Source: Hypanus sabinus (taxonomy: Eukaryota). Taken from it: 64,000 nucleotides of DNA. Made by a program: the position numbers and the translations under genes. Below are positions 48,785 through 62,250 of this stretch, one piece after another (positions within the stretch are counted from its first letter, which is position 1; each line of letters opens with the position of its first letter). The stretch lies in assembly GCF_030144855.1 (NCBI RefSeq), contig NC_082731.1, positions 27,094,001-27,158,000 of the forward strand, written 5' to 3'. Below the pieces are notes generated by a model. The model made no database searches. It saw only the letters and a list, made by a program, of their open reading frames with translations, and had not been told where the DNA came from.

Positions 48785-51700
48785 AACAAATTAAAGAATT
48801 AGTAACATTAATGAAATCTCTCCAAATGTTGTTTCATTTAAAAGATGAGTAGAATTATAATCACAGTATAATTTATTACTAAAATATCCTATTGAAGGAT
48901 ATTTGCTTAAATTGAAAAGTCAATTTTATATCTCTTGTGATAAAAATAATAAGCTTTTATCTTCTGAATTAAGAACAGATAGAGCAAAAAGACAAATCTT
49001 AAAGATTCGTAAAAATAATGGAGATGTAGTAAGTATCGATGAGGACGTTAATAATACATCAAGATTTTTACTCTGATCTTTATAGATCTCAATTTCTAGA
49101 AGATTCCTCTAAAATGAAGGCCTATTAACATAAGATTAAATTTCCACAAATTTCTTTTGAAGTTCAACAGATGCTTGATGCTCCAATTACCGATCATGAC
49201 ATTCAGAAAGCTATTTTATCAACGCAATCAGGTAAAGCTCCTGGACTTGATGGTTATTCAGTGTGATTTTACAAAAAATTTGGAAGATACTTTCTCCGTA
49301 ATTTTTGGAAATATTTCATGAATCCTTTGACAAGAGTAATTTACCTTCTTTTTAATGAAGCATCTATTTCCTTAATTGTTAAAAAAGATAAAGATCGGGT
49401 TGTATGTTCATCAAATAGAACTATTTCGCTATTAAATGTGGATGCAAAAATTCCTTCTAAAATATTTGCTAATCGCTTGGAAAATATTTTAACTGAAATT
49501 ATTTCTATGGATCAAACGGGCTTTATTAAAGGCCGTTATTCTTTCTCTAATTTTCAGAGACTGATGGACATTATATATTCATCATTATCTAAGCAACAGC
49601 AAAGTGTTATCTCTCTCGATGCAGAAAAGGCATTTGATAGAGTTGAATGGCTATATTTGTTTAAAGTATTAGAAAAGTTTGGTTTTGGTAATAATTTCAA
49701 CTGATGGATTCAAATGATTTATAAGAATCCTTTTGCCACAGTCATTACTAATAACTGCCGGTCTTCTTTTTTCTCACTTTCTTGTAGCACCAGACAGGGA
49801 TGTCCATTAAGTCCTTTATTATTTAATCTTGTATTGGAGACTTTAGCTATAATATTACGTGAAGCTAAAAATATTCATGGTATCTCTATGAATGGAACCA
49901 TACATCAGATTTCTCTTTATGCAGATGATCTTTTGGTTTTTATTTCAAATCTTGAGGAATTAATTCCTAATCATTTAGAAACACTTAAAGATTTGTTAAA
50001 TTTTCAGGATATAAACTTAACTCAAATAAAAGTGAATTATTTCCATTAAATGTTCATGTTAGTACATATAATGATATTCCTTTTAGAATTGTTAATACAT
50101 TTAGATATTTAGTTATTATAATTACTAAAACATATAAAGATCTCTATAAAGCAAATATGGTTCCTTTAACAGACTACATGAAACAATTATTTCCTAGATG
50201 GAATCTACTTATTTTTTCTTTAATAGGCCATATTCATGCTGTGAAAATAATGATTTCACCTAGATGTTCATATATTTTCCAAAATATACCTATCTTTTTA
50301 ACTAAAAATTTTTTGATCAAATTGTCTATCTTCATTTCTTCTTTTATTTGGAACAATAAGAGACCTAGAATTAATAAGTATTATTTCCAAAAATTAAAAA
50401 AAATTGGACTTGCACTTCCTAATTTAAGACTATTATTGGGCTGTGAATATTAGACAATTATATTTTTTGTTATATTGGCTTGATTAGAGCTGAAAAAACC
50501 CATTATGGGTTGATTTGGAATTAAAAGTTGTTAAAGAGTTTCATTTAACTTCAATTTTAGGAGCTCCATTACCTTTGCAGCTCTTTAAAATTCCAAATTT
50601 AAATCTCTATCCAGTTATTAAACAATCCATATAACCATATAACAATCACAGCACGGAAACAGGCCATCTCAGCCCTCCTAGTCTGTGCCGAACTCTTAAT
50701 CTCACCTAGTCCCACCTACCCACACTCAGCCCATAACCCTCCACTCCTTTCCTGTCCATATACCTATCCAATTTTACCTTAAATGACACAAATGAACTGG
50801 CCTCTACTACTTCTACAGGAAGCTCATTCCACACAGCTATCACTCTCTGAGTAAAGAAATACCCCCTCGTGTTTCCCTTAAACTTGGGCCCCCTAACTCT
50901 CAAATCACGTCCTCTCGTTTGAATCTCCCCTACGCTCAATGCAAACAGCCTATTCACGTCAACTCTATCTATCCCTCTCAAAATTTTAAATACCTCGATC
51001 AAATCCCCCCTGAACCTTCTACGCTCCAATGAATAGAGTCCTAACTTGTTCAACCTTTCTCTGTAACTTAAGTGCTGAAACCCAGGTAACATCCGAGTAA
51101 ATCATCTCTGCACTCTCTCTAATTTATTGATATCTTTCCTATAATTCGGTGACCAGAACTGCACACAATATTCTAAATTTGGCCTTACCAATGCCTTGTA
51201 CAATTTTAACATTACATTCCAACTTCTGTACTCAATGCTTTGATTTATAAAGGCCAGCATTCCAAAAGCCTTCTTCACCACCCTATCTACAAGAGAGTCC
51301 ACCTTCAGGGAACTATGCACTGTTATTCCTAGATCTCTCTGTTCCTCTGCATTCCTCAATGCCCTACCATTTACCCTGTATGTTCTATTTGGATTATTCC
51401 AGCCAAAATGTAGAACCTCACACTTCTCAGCATCAAACTCCATCTGCCAACATTCAGCCCATTCTTCTAACCGGCATAAATCTCCCTGCAAGCTTTGAAA
51501 ACCCACCTCATTATCCACAACACCTCCTACCTTAGTATCATCGCCATACTTACTAAGCAAATTTACTACCCCATCATCCAGATCATTTATGTATATTACA
51601 AACAACATTGGGCCCTACGGATTTAGGTTCAGTTCCGTAATTCTTTTAATCTTAAACAATTTAAGTTATCTAGTTTTTTAGATCGAATTTTTTATTTAAA

Positions 51701-52955
51701 CCTTCGACAACTGCCCCCATTTTTCTTTTATGGAAAATAAAGGAATTCATTCTTTTACAGATTTATATTGTGATGGTCAATTGATGACTTTGAGGAGTTC
51801 ATTAATAAATTTTCTCTCGCTCATACACATTTTTTGCAATATTTTCAGGTTAGACATTTTTACAACAATATTTACATAAGTTTACATATTTACAAGAATC
51901 TGATTTGTTGGATACCATTTTGAAATTGAATCCCTTAGTGAATAGTTCCATTAGCAGAATTTATAATGTATTTTTGTTACATAAAGAGAACCTATCACTA
52001 AAGTTTAAATAAGATTGGAAGAGAGAACTTAATATGACCTTTGTTAATGAAGATTGGCTTCGAGTTTTGAAAAATGTAAATTCTTCTTCTGTATGGGCCA
52101 ACCATTGTTTAATTCAATTTAAAATTGTACATAGTTATTACTTAACAAAGGAGAGACTATCTAAAATATTTCCTAGTATAGATAACTATTGTGATAGATG
52201 TAAAATTGAAGTAGTCACTTTGTCACAGATGTTCTGGTCATGTTCTTCATTAAAAACATTTTGGAAATCTTTATTTTCTACAATTTCTAAAGCTTTGAAA
52301 ATTAATTTACAACTTAATAGGTTGACTGTTCTATTTGGAAAAGTTCCACATCATATTCAGGGTATCTCATCTTCAGATCAACATGTAATTGTATTTGTTA
52401 CAATGCTGGCAAGAAGAGCTATTTTATTAAAATGAAAAGATATTTCTTCCCCTACATTAATTGCATGGTTTTCTCAAGTGATGTTATGTCTTAGTTTGGA
52501 AAAAATTATAAGTAGAACTTTTGATCCTCGATTTGATTTTGAGCGAAGATGGGGTTCTTTTGCCAAATATTACACTTTTATTTGAATCGTTATATGGTTT
52601 CTTTCCAATTTTTTTCTATAAATATGAAAATGACTCTTGATGACTTTTTTATATGTATTTAGAAGATGGTCAAACGTATTGCTCTGGGGGATTGACTCAT
52701 AAAGGGTTTTTTAATCTAGTTAGTGGGTTTTTTTCTTAGTTGGATGGATGTTCTTTTGTTTCCTTCTTTTTTCTATATATAATTTTCTTTCCATTTTTAT
52801 ATTTCAAGATCAGTTTTTTCTTCTCTTCAGCTTTATTAATCGTATACATATTAATTGGTAAAAGTTTTGTATCATTTTAAAGCTGTTGATGGTTATGTAC
52901 CAATAAAAAGATTCTAAAACAGATTCTAAAAAAATTATAAAAATGAAAAAAAAGA
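48785..52955 (+). mobile_element. 5'-truncated AT-rich L1-like LINE inserted in the CR1 5'UTR
   Basis: KAPGLDG, ISLLNVDAK, DQTGFIKGR, SLDAEKAFDRVEW, TRQGCPLSPLLF, SLYADD, C..C...L..MFWSC; ends with AATAAA and an A-rich tail. Confidence 0.88.
50636..51617 (-). mobile_element. Young 5'-truncated CR1 inside the L1
   Basis: RT C-terminal ORFs 51102-51608 and 50706-51092 in the same frame, separated by one TGA, with an (ATATGGTT)-type tail. Confidence 0.9.
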
Positions 52956-53889
52956 CTTCTCTCCAAGATTCCTTTACTCCTTTACTCTCAGCCTTTTGCT
53001 TCGATTTAAATAAAAGAAAAATAAATAAATAAACCAGTTGCAGTCTAAGTATATTGAACAAGATTAAAAATTATCCAAAAACAAAAATAATATATATTTA
53101 AAATGTGAGGGGGTGCTCAAGGGTTCAGTGTCCATTTAGGAATCAAATAGCAAATGACAGAAGCTGTTCCTGAATCACTGAGTGTGTGCCTTCAGGTTTC
53201 TGTACCTCCTATCTGATTGTAATGGGTGCTGGGGGTCCTTAATAATGGACACTGCCTTTCTGAGTTACCTCTCTTTGAAGATGTCCTGGGTATTATGTAG
53301 GCCAGTACTCAATATACAGCTGACTAAATTTACGATCCTCAGCAGCTTCTTTCGGTCCTGTGGATTAGCCAGCCACCACCACGCCCCCGCCCCCCACGTC
53401 AGACAGTGTGGCAGCCTGTCAGAATGCTCTCCATGGTATATCTATAGAAGTTTTTGAGTGTTTATGTTGATGTTTCAAACTCCTGATGAGTTTGCATTGA
53501 TATGTTGGGAGCAGGTTAGGTGCTCAGAGATCTTGACACCAAGGAACTTGAAATGGCTCACTGTCTCCAATTCTGATTCCTCTGTGAGGATTGGTATGTG
53601 TTCCTTGATCTTACCCTTCTGGAAATCCACAATCAGCTCTTTCATCTTACTGATATTGAGTGCCAAGTTGTTGCTGTGACACCACGCCACAAGTTAGTAT
53701 ATCTCGATCCTGTACACCCTCTCATCTCTATCTGAGATTCTACCAACAATGGTTGGATCATCTGCAAATTTATAAATGGTATTTGAGCTATAACAGGCCA
53801 CACAGTCATGGGTATAGACAGAGAGAAGCAGTGGGCTAAGCACACACCCCTGACATGCACCAGTGTTGATCGTCAGCAAGGAGAGTTAT

Positions 53890-56800
53890 TATCACCAATT
53901 GTGTTCTTCCTGACCGGAGCATCCAACTGTAGAGTGAGGTACAAAGGCCCAGGTACTGTAACTAATCTGTGAGTTACTGCCTACAGCGAGAGTTGAGCCA
54001 ACCCATGCTTGCCACTGTCTTGGACAGTCACCCACTAGGTTCCGGGCAGATCCAATGGATTTGCAGATGAGCATAGCGGATCATGTGGAAGACATTAGTT
54101 TCCACATTATTAATTCCCCACTTGTACCCCTGATTCTCGAGTAACGTTGGCTATCCAAGCATAATCTTCCATGGACTGGAGGGAGGGGAGAATCATTGAA
54201 ACAGAACATTGGTTTCACATTCCTCAGACTGACATTATCTGTTCCTTTCACTACCCTAATTTGAGTATGAAATCCCCTCCCGGCCCAGCCTCTCAATTGC
54301 TTGGTCCAGTCATTGTAAGAGGGTTTGTTTGTGGCATGGTGTTCCAAGACCCAGACAGTCCCATGAAAAATGATCAAAAAGGGGGCAGCAATCAGTGTGA
54401 AGTAACCCAAGACCTTTTGGCTACCATGTCTCGAGTAACTGAAAGACTCCATTATGCCCAGCCTTGAAGCCTATTTCCAGGAAGGAAAGAACCCTCTGTA
54501 ATGCCTTGCTGCCATTGCCTGAGGATTCAGATGGGAATTTGGACTCAGATTTGGCTCGTTTCCATGAATGAGCTTTGTGAGCCTAGGGAGCGGACTCTGA
54601 GGTTGGTTGAGTCACCCCGGTGCCTAAAAATCCTTAGGGTTCATCTTCGAAAGAACGTCCAAGGACACAGCACACCTAAACCTGTTGAAAGCACTTCCAT
54701 CTGCAAGGACATGGAGGAGGCCTTTAGCAAGGGAAAGCCCTCTACTCTTCTAAAACACAGACCCCACAACAGTGCAATATCTGCTGCCTGGTACTTGTCC
54801 CCTGCAGGGTTAATTAAACATACCCTTTAGCCCAGAGAAAAGTGTAGTGGTAGAATATATCAAGGAGACTCTTGCCACAGGCCTCATACAGCCCTCCACC
54901 TCACTCACTGGCACAGGCTTCTGCTTTGTACAAAATAAGGATGGGAGCCTGCGGCAATGCATTGATTATAGCGGATTACACTGCATAATAGCCAAAGATC
55001 ACTACCTGCTGCCATTCATGGACTTCAAGATGCTCCAAGAGTGAGAGTATTCGCAAATCTGGAACAATGGAGTGCGTACCATCTGGTCCATATAAGAGAA
55101 TGTGATGAGTGGAAGACTACATTCAATACACCGATGGGGCACTATGACTACCTGGTTATGCCCTTCAGCCTCATGCATGCTCCAGTCATTATCCATATTC
55201 TTGATAAGTATTCCTTCATCTACATTGATGATATCCTCATCTTTTCAAAGTCCATGGGGAAGAACAACGTTAACATCAGGGACATTTTAAAGAGGCTTCT
55301 AGAGCATGGAGTTGATGTTCTGTTGGAGAAGTCCGAGTTTCACGTGACGACTATTTCATTCTTGACGTTCATCATCTCCAATGGCAATCTCAAGGTGGAG
55401 CCTACCAAGACGTACCAAGACCCAGGCAGTCAGAGACTGGCCACCACCATCGAGCATCAACCAAATCCAATGTTTCTTAGGGTTAGCAAATTTCTACCAG
55501 AAGTTCATAAGCAACTCCAGTTGGTGAAGGTCTGATGTTGCTAATTACGAATTCTACACACCCTTTAGTCTGGACGACTGAAGCAGAGTCTGCTTTTGTT
55601 GAGCTCAAACAGTGGTTCACAACAGCTTCTACCTTGGTTTCTCCTAACCCAGATCTCTCATTCATCATGGACGTGGACACCTCAAACAATGGAGTGGGTG
55701 CCGTCTCGTCTCAGCGATCACCTTCGGATGGTAAACTACACCCGTGTGCATTCTTCTCCAGGTGGTTATCCCTGGCGGAGAGGAACTATGAGAATGGGAA
55801 TTGGGAGCCCCTTGCAGTTCTTAGCTTTGGAGTAATGGTGTCACTGGTTTGAGAGGACCCAGAACCCTTTTATCATTTGGACTGACAAGAAGAACCTGGC
55901 TTATATTCAGGAGACCAAGAGGCTGAATTCCAGGCAGGTCAGGTTGTCTTTGTTCTTTGAATTCATCCTGATCTGTTGACTGGGGTCAAAGAACCAGAAG
56001 CCAGATGCCCTGTCCCGTGAGTTTGATGAACCAGAATGAGAGGAGCAACCTACCCTCATTTTGTCACAAGTCAGGGTGGTCACAGCAATTTGATGAGCAA
56101 TCGACACTCCTGTTCACAAGACCCAAGCGCAAGTGGGGAGGTTCTCAGAACAGACCTCTGGGTCAGCTCTTTGTCACAAGTTCAGTCTGGTCGCAGGTAC
56201 TCCAATGGGGTCATTCAACGACAATGACCACACTGCCAGGGATTGCCAGGACCCTCAAGTTTATCAAGAGGAGGTATTGGTGGCCTGGAATGACGAAGAG
56301 GTTCGGTACTTCGTGGAAGCATGTCAGATATGTGATTGGAACAAGGAGACTCATGCCTGATCTCAAGGGTTCCCCCACCCCCATCCTGTTCTGGAAAAAC
56401 ATAGGACACACACGTCCATGGACTTTGTCACGGGTCTCCCATCATCCAAGGGGAAGTCGGTCATCATGATAATTGTTGATTGGTTTTTGAAAGCCTACAA
56501 GTTCATTGTCCTGGAGAAGCAACCATCTGCAGCTGAGACAGCCAAAATTGTTCTGGTCCTGGTCTTCAGGATCCACAGATTCCTGGTGGACATTGTCTCA
56601 GATTGTGATCCACTATAAACAGCACATTTCTGCAGAGTGTTCTGTAAATTGATAGGGGCAACAGTAAGCTTTTCCTCTGGGTTTCACCCGCAATCCAAAG
56701 GTCAGATGGAGTGAAGTAAAAAAGACTTAGAATGTACCCTGAGATGCCTGGCCTTGCAAGGTCCTTATGAGAGATGTGACCATTTGATGTGGGTTACCAA

Positions 56801-57450
56801 CAACACCTTACAGCATTCAGTGTATGGGATGTCACCGTTCAAGTGACAGTTTGGTTATCCACTGCCTCTCTTTCCATGCAAGGAGGCAGAGGTTGCGGCC
56901 CCTGAGGCTGAAGCATTCCTCCAATGATGAAGGCAGAAATGGATTAGGGCATGAGAAACTTTTCTGGCCTCTATCCAGAGGTCAGAGACTAAGTTGAACT
57001 GAAGGAAAAGAGGGACCCAATTTATACCCTGAGCAACAGGTCTGGCTGTCCACCTATAATTTGCAACTCCATGTGGAATCTAGAAAGTTGGTGAGCAAGT
57101 TCACAGGACCCATCGAAATCCTAAGGAAAGTAAACCCCATGGCTTAGACCTTGCAGCTCCCCAAGACCCTAAAGATCAACCCCACCTTCCACATCTCTAA
57201 ATTAAATCCTGTCTGCATCAGCCCCTCAGCCCCACCACCATCAGCCCTGCTGCCACTCTGGGTTATTGAGGGGGAACAGTCTTCACGGTGAGAAGACTTT
57301 TATACTTGCATACTGCTCCGGGTGTTCGACAATAGCTCATGAACTGGGGAGAATTTCGACCCCAGGAGAGGTGGCGGGTGCCTGATAGAAACATCTCAGA
57401 TCCAACCATCTTCCATGACTATCATCACCACCTCTACAAACAGACAGTGT
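53890..57450 (+). mobile_element. Ty3/Gypsy chromovirus-type pol relic (protease end, RT, RNase H, integrase, chromodomain-like end)
   Basis: KDGSLRQCIDY, YIDDILIFS, DVDTSNNGVGAV, HPCAFFS, SMDFVTGLPSS motifs; frameshifted. Confidence 0.9.
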
Positions 57451-57454
57451 TGCC

Positions 57455-57660
57455 AGCAAGGCCAACATAAAGCGAAAGGGAGGGCATAAACCTGAGCAGA
57501 AATTGGGTTGAGGATTAGGAAGCTTTTAAAAAACAACAGAAGGCAACTAAAAAAGTCAGTAAGGTAAAGATGGATTATGAAAGTAAGCTAGACAATAATA
57601 TTAATGAGACACCAACAGTTGCTTCAGAAACATGAAGTGTAAAAAAGAGTGAGAAGAGAG
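57455..57660 (+). mobile_element. CR1 ORF2 fragment
   Basis: Near-colinear with 28130-28350 (caaggc.aacataa.agc...caacagaaggcaac). Confidence 0.75.
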
Positions 57661-58040
57661 CATGTCCTGGATGGTGGATGTTGCTTTCCTGCAACAAACT
57701 CCTTGTAGATGTATTCAATTGTGTGGAGAGCTGTTAGGGCATATTCTGGAGTTAGGTTATATAGCAAATACTAATTTCAACAACAGCCAGTCTTCATACC
57801 TGAATGTGGATTGTAGATTCAGTTTAAAATACACCCATAAAGATAGTGTTCTTGGAGCTGCAGAATGGAGTTGTTTGCAAACAAAGAAACTCACCATTCG
57901 ACCCCTGCAGGACTGAATGGACTTGGAATGGGCTGGGAGTCAACGACGCCTGGGGGGAAATCGATGGAGGACTAATGGACAGGAAACCGTGATACCTGCA
58001 TATGCATGATGTGACCCAGAGTCAGTGGGGATTAACATTT

Positions 58041-58553
58041 TGTAACATCCTGGGAAAGGTTTCACTGCTAATGTAATGGCCACTCTGTAGCAGCAGTGTT
58101 TGTGTTATGGCTAGAGATAATGGGGGCTTTGGAATTTGCGCAGTCCAATGAAGGGAGTGTTTTATACTTCTTGTGTGCCTGACAGCAAGTGGTTCAAGGT
58201 CTTTTGTTCAGTGGAAGATGGAGAGAGAAGATGCCAGAATGAAGAGGTTCCAGACTGCAGGACTGAGTGGACTTGGAATGGGCTGGGAGTCGACCACGCC
58301 TGGGGGGAAATTGATGGACGACTAATGGACAGGAAACCGTGAGCGCCAACATGCACATTAGACTGTTTCATTAAAATGGGCCCCTTTCTTTTTGTTTTTC
58401 TTACTAACCCTCTAGTTAAACTAAGAATTGTAAAGCTAAATCATTTAATTGTATATGGTGTACTGTCTGTTATTTCCTGGTACTGATTTGTAACAGGGGA
58501 ACACATCACGCAGTATCCACACAAACAAGAGGTTTTGCACCCCAGATTTCACA
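58041..58553 (+). mobile_element. 5' LTR of a Gypsy element, with a partial LTR copy at 57905-57992
   Basis: TGTAACA...TTTCACA ends followed by tttggcag (PBS-like). An ~88-bp segment is duplicated at 57905-57992 and 58255-58342. Confidence 0.65.
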
Positions 58554-61500
58554 TATTTGGCAGTGCCAGAGACTGCCTTCCTGGACTAATGCCTCCATCT
58601 GAACCTGAGGGGGTATAGTTCGGGATTGATTTCGTTGCATGCTGTGTGATTGCCCTGAGCATTGAACCAGTGCATTGTGTGTTTAAGTGTGTGCTAGTAT
58701 GGATGCTGCCGGTGTGGAGCGGTGGTGTTCATCCACGGGGTTTCCGGTAACTAATGCATGCGTGTTGAGTGGGGTAGATATTCGTAATCCTGATGAATTG
58801 TTGATTCCACTTTTAAGTACTGTTAACATGGTAGGTAAAGTTATGATTATGGGGCAGAGATTTGATAAAATGACAGGCACAGACTTTGTCTTAATTCAGA
58901 TTAGCACTGACATAACGACAGTAGAACTGCCTGGTACTATTGGGGCCCCAGGAGAGGGGGGTGGGATGTGTACTGTCCACACTTTCCAGGGGAGGAGAGT
59001 GGAGGTGAGCTGGCCGAAGCACATGTCGTGTCTTCTGTAGCTGGGGGAGGAGACTTCAGAGACAGGGTTCTTTCGTTTCTGCTTTGGGAGGCAAAGGAGC
59101 GGTCTGATTTGGAATGTCTAATGAGTCCCTGTCCTCTAGGGAAGCGTGAGAATTCTGGGTTAGTATCCGCCCTTACCTCTCTGGCGAATAAATGTAAAAA
59201 TGCCCAGGTCCAAAGCCCCAGATATGGTAGGCTCTGCCTATTCTCAGGAACGAAGCCCACCCCTAAAGGGGAAGAGAAGTATGAGACTTGGGCGAGGCAG
59301 ACCTCTCATTTGTTAGATGAGTGGCAGTGCTCTGATGACATAAAACAACAGCGATTGGTTGAAAGTTTGAGGGGGTGGGTGGCTGACGTTGTGAGAGGCG
59401 GAAAGTCCCAGTACCCCCTTGCCACTACTGCCGCTTACATGTGAGCACTGGAAAATGCACTTGGCACGACAGGAAGCCCAATGGAGCTCATGACGGGGTT
59501 TCAGAACATGCGTCAGGAGAAGGGGGAGAAGCGTTCTGCCTACCTCTTTCGGCTAGACAGGCAGCTGAATTGCTTGTGGTGCAGAGGGGCCATTCAGGCA
59601 GCTAAGGTGGATCAGTTAAGAGTGGACCAGATAGCAAAGGGCGCCCAGTCCCAGGACCTGATTGCTTGAGGTCTCCGACTATCTCGTAAGACGCGACCCC
59701 CTGCCCCCCCCCCCCCCCCCCCCCCATTTGTTGAGCTGATCAGAGATGTACAAGAGCAGGAGAATGTGTCAGAGGCACAGGAGGCCTCCATCAGCAGGGT
59801 AGAGTCCTCGGTAGTGGTCCCTGCGGTGAAGTGACCATGGATAGCCTGCCCCGGGGAGTGGCAGAGATTGAGGCAGAGTTGAGAACAGCAGAAGCCCTCG
59901 GTTGTACTGGTGAACAGGATGGCAGTGAATGTCAGGAACACTACGAAGAGGGAGGTCACCTTCAAGTGGGGGATGTCCTGGTGCATCTTTTCCCGGTGAC
60001 GGTAATGTCTAGAGTCCCTGTGTGACAAGCCGGGAAGAAACTACTGGAAAAAGGGGAAGTTGACTGCTGAGTCATTCAACTTCGGGGTCTCCCTGCTTCC
60101 TGAGGGTTGGTAGAGAAGATGTTGAAGCTGGAAGCTGTCTTCTGCACTGACGAGTTTGATGTGGGTTGTTCCAAGAGTACTCGTCATAGTAGCTGAGTGA
60201 CTGAGGACACCCCGTTCAGAGAAATGTCGCAGCAACTGGCCCCTGCAGAGGTAGAAGATGTTCAGCAACATCTGTGGAAGTTGAAGGAAGCTGGGATCAT
60301 CACTGAGTCCAGAAGCCCCGATGTGTTCCCAATAGTAGTGGCCAGAAAGCAGAATGGGAAGGTATGGCTGTGTGTGGACTATAGGACCCTGAACAGGTGT
60401 ACCGTCCCTGACCAGTATACGGTCCCAAGGATCGAAGATGCACTGGCCTGTCTGAGTGGTGCTAAGTGGGTCAGTGTGCTGGACTTGAGGAGTGGATATT
60501 ACCAGATCCCCGTGAGTGAGGCTGGCAAAGAGAAGACAGCATTTCTATGTCCACTGGGATTCTTCCAGTTCAAAAAGATGCCAGCAGAGAGGGCTCGGGT
60601 GTGTCCTGTATCAAAGTCAGGGCACCGGGTTGAGACCTGTTGCATTGTCAGCCGGAGTCTGTCACCCCCAGAGGAAAACTCTCCCACACACAGATTGGAG
60701 TTTCTGGTGTTGAAATGGGCTGTGGTGGATAATTTGAGTGACTACCTCTTTGGTACCAAGTTTGAGGTGAAGACGGACAACAATCCTCTAACTTATTCCT
60801 GACCTTGGCAATATTGGATGCCACAGGCCATCGTTGGTTGGTGGCGTTGTCTGCCTGTGATTTCAGTCTGAAGTACTGGCTAGGAAGTAGGATAATTGAT
60901 GCTGATGCTTTGTCACAACGTGCACATGAAGGGCTGGACAGGGACGAGGAGTGGGAGAGCGCTCCTGCCCTGGGAGTGAAAGTCATCTGCCAGTTTGCCA
61001 TCGCGGTGAAGGCAGATGGAAGGCAAGGGCAGGATCAAGCGGTAGATTAATTGGGAGCTTCTGATGATGCCATTCCACAAGTTTACTGTAACCTGACCGC
61101 TCTGAAGACAAACCGGTTACTGGAATTGAGTCCTGGGGAAATGGCAGGTGCTCAGCGAGATGACCTGGGCATCGGTACCATTTGGTCAGCGATCAAAAAG
61201 GAAGAATCGGCCCAGGTGGAGAAGATGAAAGATGTTGCAATGCCCCCATTACTGAGAGAATGTCCCAGATTAGAGTTGAGGAACTGGATCCGATACCAGG
61301 TCACGTCACCTCTGGACTGATCTCGGTTTACCCATCTGGTTCTGCCTGAGAAGTATCGGAGGATGGTGCTAAAGTCACTTCATGATGATTCTGGACATTT
61401 GTGGGTTACTCAGAGATCGGTTTTACTGGCCCCGGATGAAGCCATAGGTTGAAGAAAACTGCAATTCATGCATTCGATGCATACAGAGGAAGACAATGCC

Positions 61501-61790
61501 TACGAGGGCAGCTCCTTTGTTGCAATTGCAGATTGTGGGGCCCCTTGACCTGGTGTGTATGGATCTCCTGTCAATAGAGCCAGATGCCAGCAACATGGCG
61601 AATGTCTTAGTCATCACGGATCACTACATCAGATATGCTCAGGCTTTCTCTACCAAGGATCAGAGGGTGTCCACGGTGGCCAAAGTGTTATGGGAAAGTA
61701 TTTCATTTATTATGGCCTCCCCAGGCGGATACATAGTGATCAAGAATGGGATTTCGACAGGAGGCTCATCCATGGACCAACTGGAAAAAT
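58554..61790 (+). mobile_element. Ty3/Gypsy element with PNMA-like gag, RT, RNase H and integrase, decayed and deleted
   Basis: YGRL.LFSG..P.PKGEE.YETW...K.QRLVESLRG (PNMA-type capsid), LDLRSGYYQI, KLEFL.LKWAV-like, GPLDLVCMD. Confidence 0.85.
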
Positions 61791-62250
61791 GGGCTGAAAT
61801 GGGCAGATGGTGTTAAATACAGACAAGTGTGAGGTATTGCACTTTGGAAGTAAAAACCAAGGTAGAATATACAAGGTAAATGGTAGAGCACTGAGGAGTG
61901 CAGCAGAACAGATACAAAATTCCCTAAAAGTGGCATCACAGGTAGATAGGGTAGTAAAGAGAGCTTTTGGTAAATTAGCCTTTATAAATCAAAGTATTGA
62001 GTATAAGAGTTGGAATGTTATGGTGATGTTGTATAACACAATGCAGGAAGGATATTAATAAGGTAGAAAGAGTGCAGAGAAGGATTACAAGGATGTTGCC
62101 AGGACTTGAGAAACTGAGTTACAGAGAAAAGTTGAATTGGTTAGGACTTTATTCCCTGGAGCGTAGAAGAATGCGGGGAGACTTGATAAGAGATATATAA
62201 AATTATGATGGGTATAGATGGAGTGAATGCAAGCAGGCTTTTGCCACAGA
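61790..62250 (+). mobile_element. CR1 3' fragment
   Basis: NTDKCEVLHFG...VDRVVKRAFG...GLYSLERRR. Confidence 0.85.

Larger units (their letters stand above)
44600..53030 (-). mobile_element. Near full-length CR1 LINE (3' tail at 44600, ORF2, ORF1, tandem-repeat 5'UTR ~48550-48785 continuing at ~52955-53030)
   Basis: RT ORFs 45032-45610 and 45668-45967, endonuclease 46671-47226 and ORF1 relics. A ~155-bp UTR repeat unit resumes after the L1 insertion. Confidence 0.85.
44510..53890 (-). mobile_element. Rex1/Babar element (tail ~44510-44600, body ~53035-53890) split by nested insertions
   Basis: (GAATCA)n tail on the left; NTGACQGCVLSPLL, YKFADD, NNLALNISK.KELIVDF on the right. Confidence 0.75.
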
